Source: Dipteris shenzhenensis
Taxonomy: Eukaryota
Direction: 5' to 3' (one strand)
Length of the DNA stretch: 64,000 bases
Assembly (NCBI GenBank): GCA_047967505.1
Contig: CM106538.1
A model generated the notes under the pieces. That model searched no databases. It was not told the origin of the DNA and saw only the letters and a list, made by a program, of their open reading frames with translations. Shown one piece after another: positions 63,325 to 64,000 of the stretch (its first letter is position 1; every line of letters starts with the position of its first letter). The position numbers were made by a program, and so were the translations under genes.

Positions 63325-64000
63325 GTTTGCATGGGTTTGTGCACGGTTCGTATGTGACGTGCAAGTACAGCTGACAGGCTCGTATACAGCTGAGGTGTAT
63401 GGAATGTTTCTGTCAGACGCTCACGGGCTGCTCCCAAGGCTTCGTCAGTGTTTTTGTTAGATGACCATCAGCTGCTCTGGGTGAGCTGGCTGGTCATACA
63501 GGGACTTTCCGTTTATCTGCGAATTGATAGAGAAGGGCTAGCTGATCCCATTGGAACTCGTCACGTGGGGACTTTTCAGCAGTTGGTCATCCCTTTGTTC
63601 TAGGCTCTTTTGATGTTGGCTGAGTAGATATGCCTTTTCTTACTGCAGTGAGCAGGTGAGTGTACAAGTGGGCACTTGAGGCATTTGCAGGGGATTGTGT
63701 CACCAAGTCTTGGCTGCTAGAAACAATCCTAGGCTGAGTGTAATTGTTTTGGAACTGAAATGGATGCTCTTTAGCTATGCTTGATGGAGGTCACTTTCAG
63801 TAGAGCTTATGCGATGGCTTCCCCAACAGATAGTGTTTTTACAGGCAGGGGTTGCTAGGGAGAGGGCACACGATCAGTACAGCCTTGTGGGCTGAATAGA
63901 CAGGGGTTAGGTGTCCATGCTTGACATTGGAAGGTATCCCTGGACCCCAAAGAGACATGATACAAGTGTGACTGCCATAATGTTTGCTGTGTGGAGATGC

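Larger units (their letters stand above)
60239..64000. mobile_element. Large LTR-like sequence related to the gypsy A LTR, interrupted by the 60944-63324 element and running off the window
   Basis: Begins TGTCACGAGG...GCATGT-GGCC like 36758; no coding motifs seen. Confidence 0.55.

Noticed and set aside
58435-64000. Final AAED1 exon(s), expected to read like QQGG...GPG...GDDP
   Set aside because: No matching acceptor-plus-coding sequence seen; presumed beyond the window.

Overview
Eukaryotic plant nuclear DNA; the TE-filled introns of tens of kb and the GA/GT microsatellite richness suggest a seed-free vascular plant such as a fern or lycophyte, which is inference only. Bases 1-18.7 kb hold microsatellite-rich arrays followed by a decayed Helitron. 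Its Rep/PIF1-helicase pseudogene lies at 8098-13316, and its 3' ~2 kb is tandemly repeated four times, carries an unrecognised spliced ORF and ends in a hairpin plus CTCG 80 bp before the only host gene. That gene encodes a chloroplast AhpC/TSA peroxiredoxin-like protein (AAED1/PRXL2 family, CILC motif). Seven exons were found at 18796-58434 and the last exon(s) probably lie beyond the window. Its introns 1 (11.5 kb), 4 (26.7 kb) and 7 (>5.5 kb) are filled with nested elements: L1-type LINEs, chromoviral Ty3/gypsy elements, copia remnants, two gag-only LTR elements that both end in ...WAF-stop, a TRIM, a hAT-type MITE, and a degraded Penelope-like element with an N-terminal GIY-YIG nuclease, CxC linker and RT (Chlamys/Naiad architecture) that the ORF track misses.
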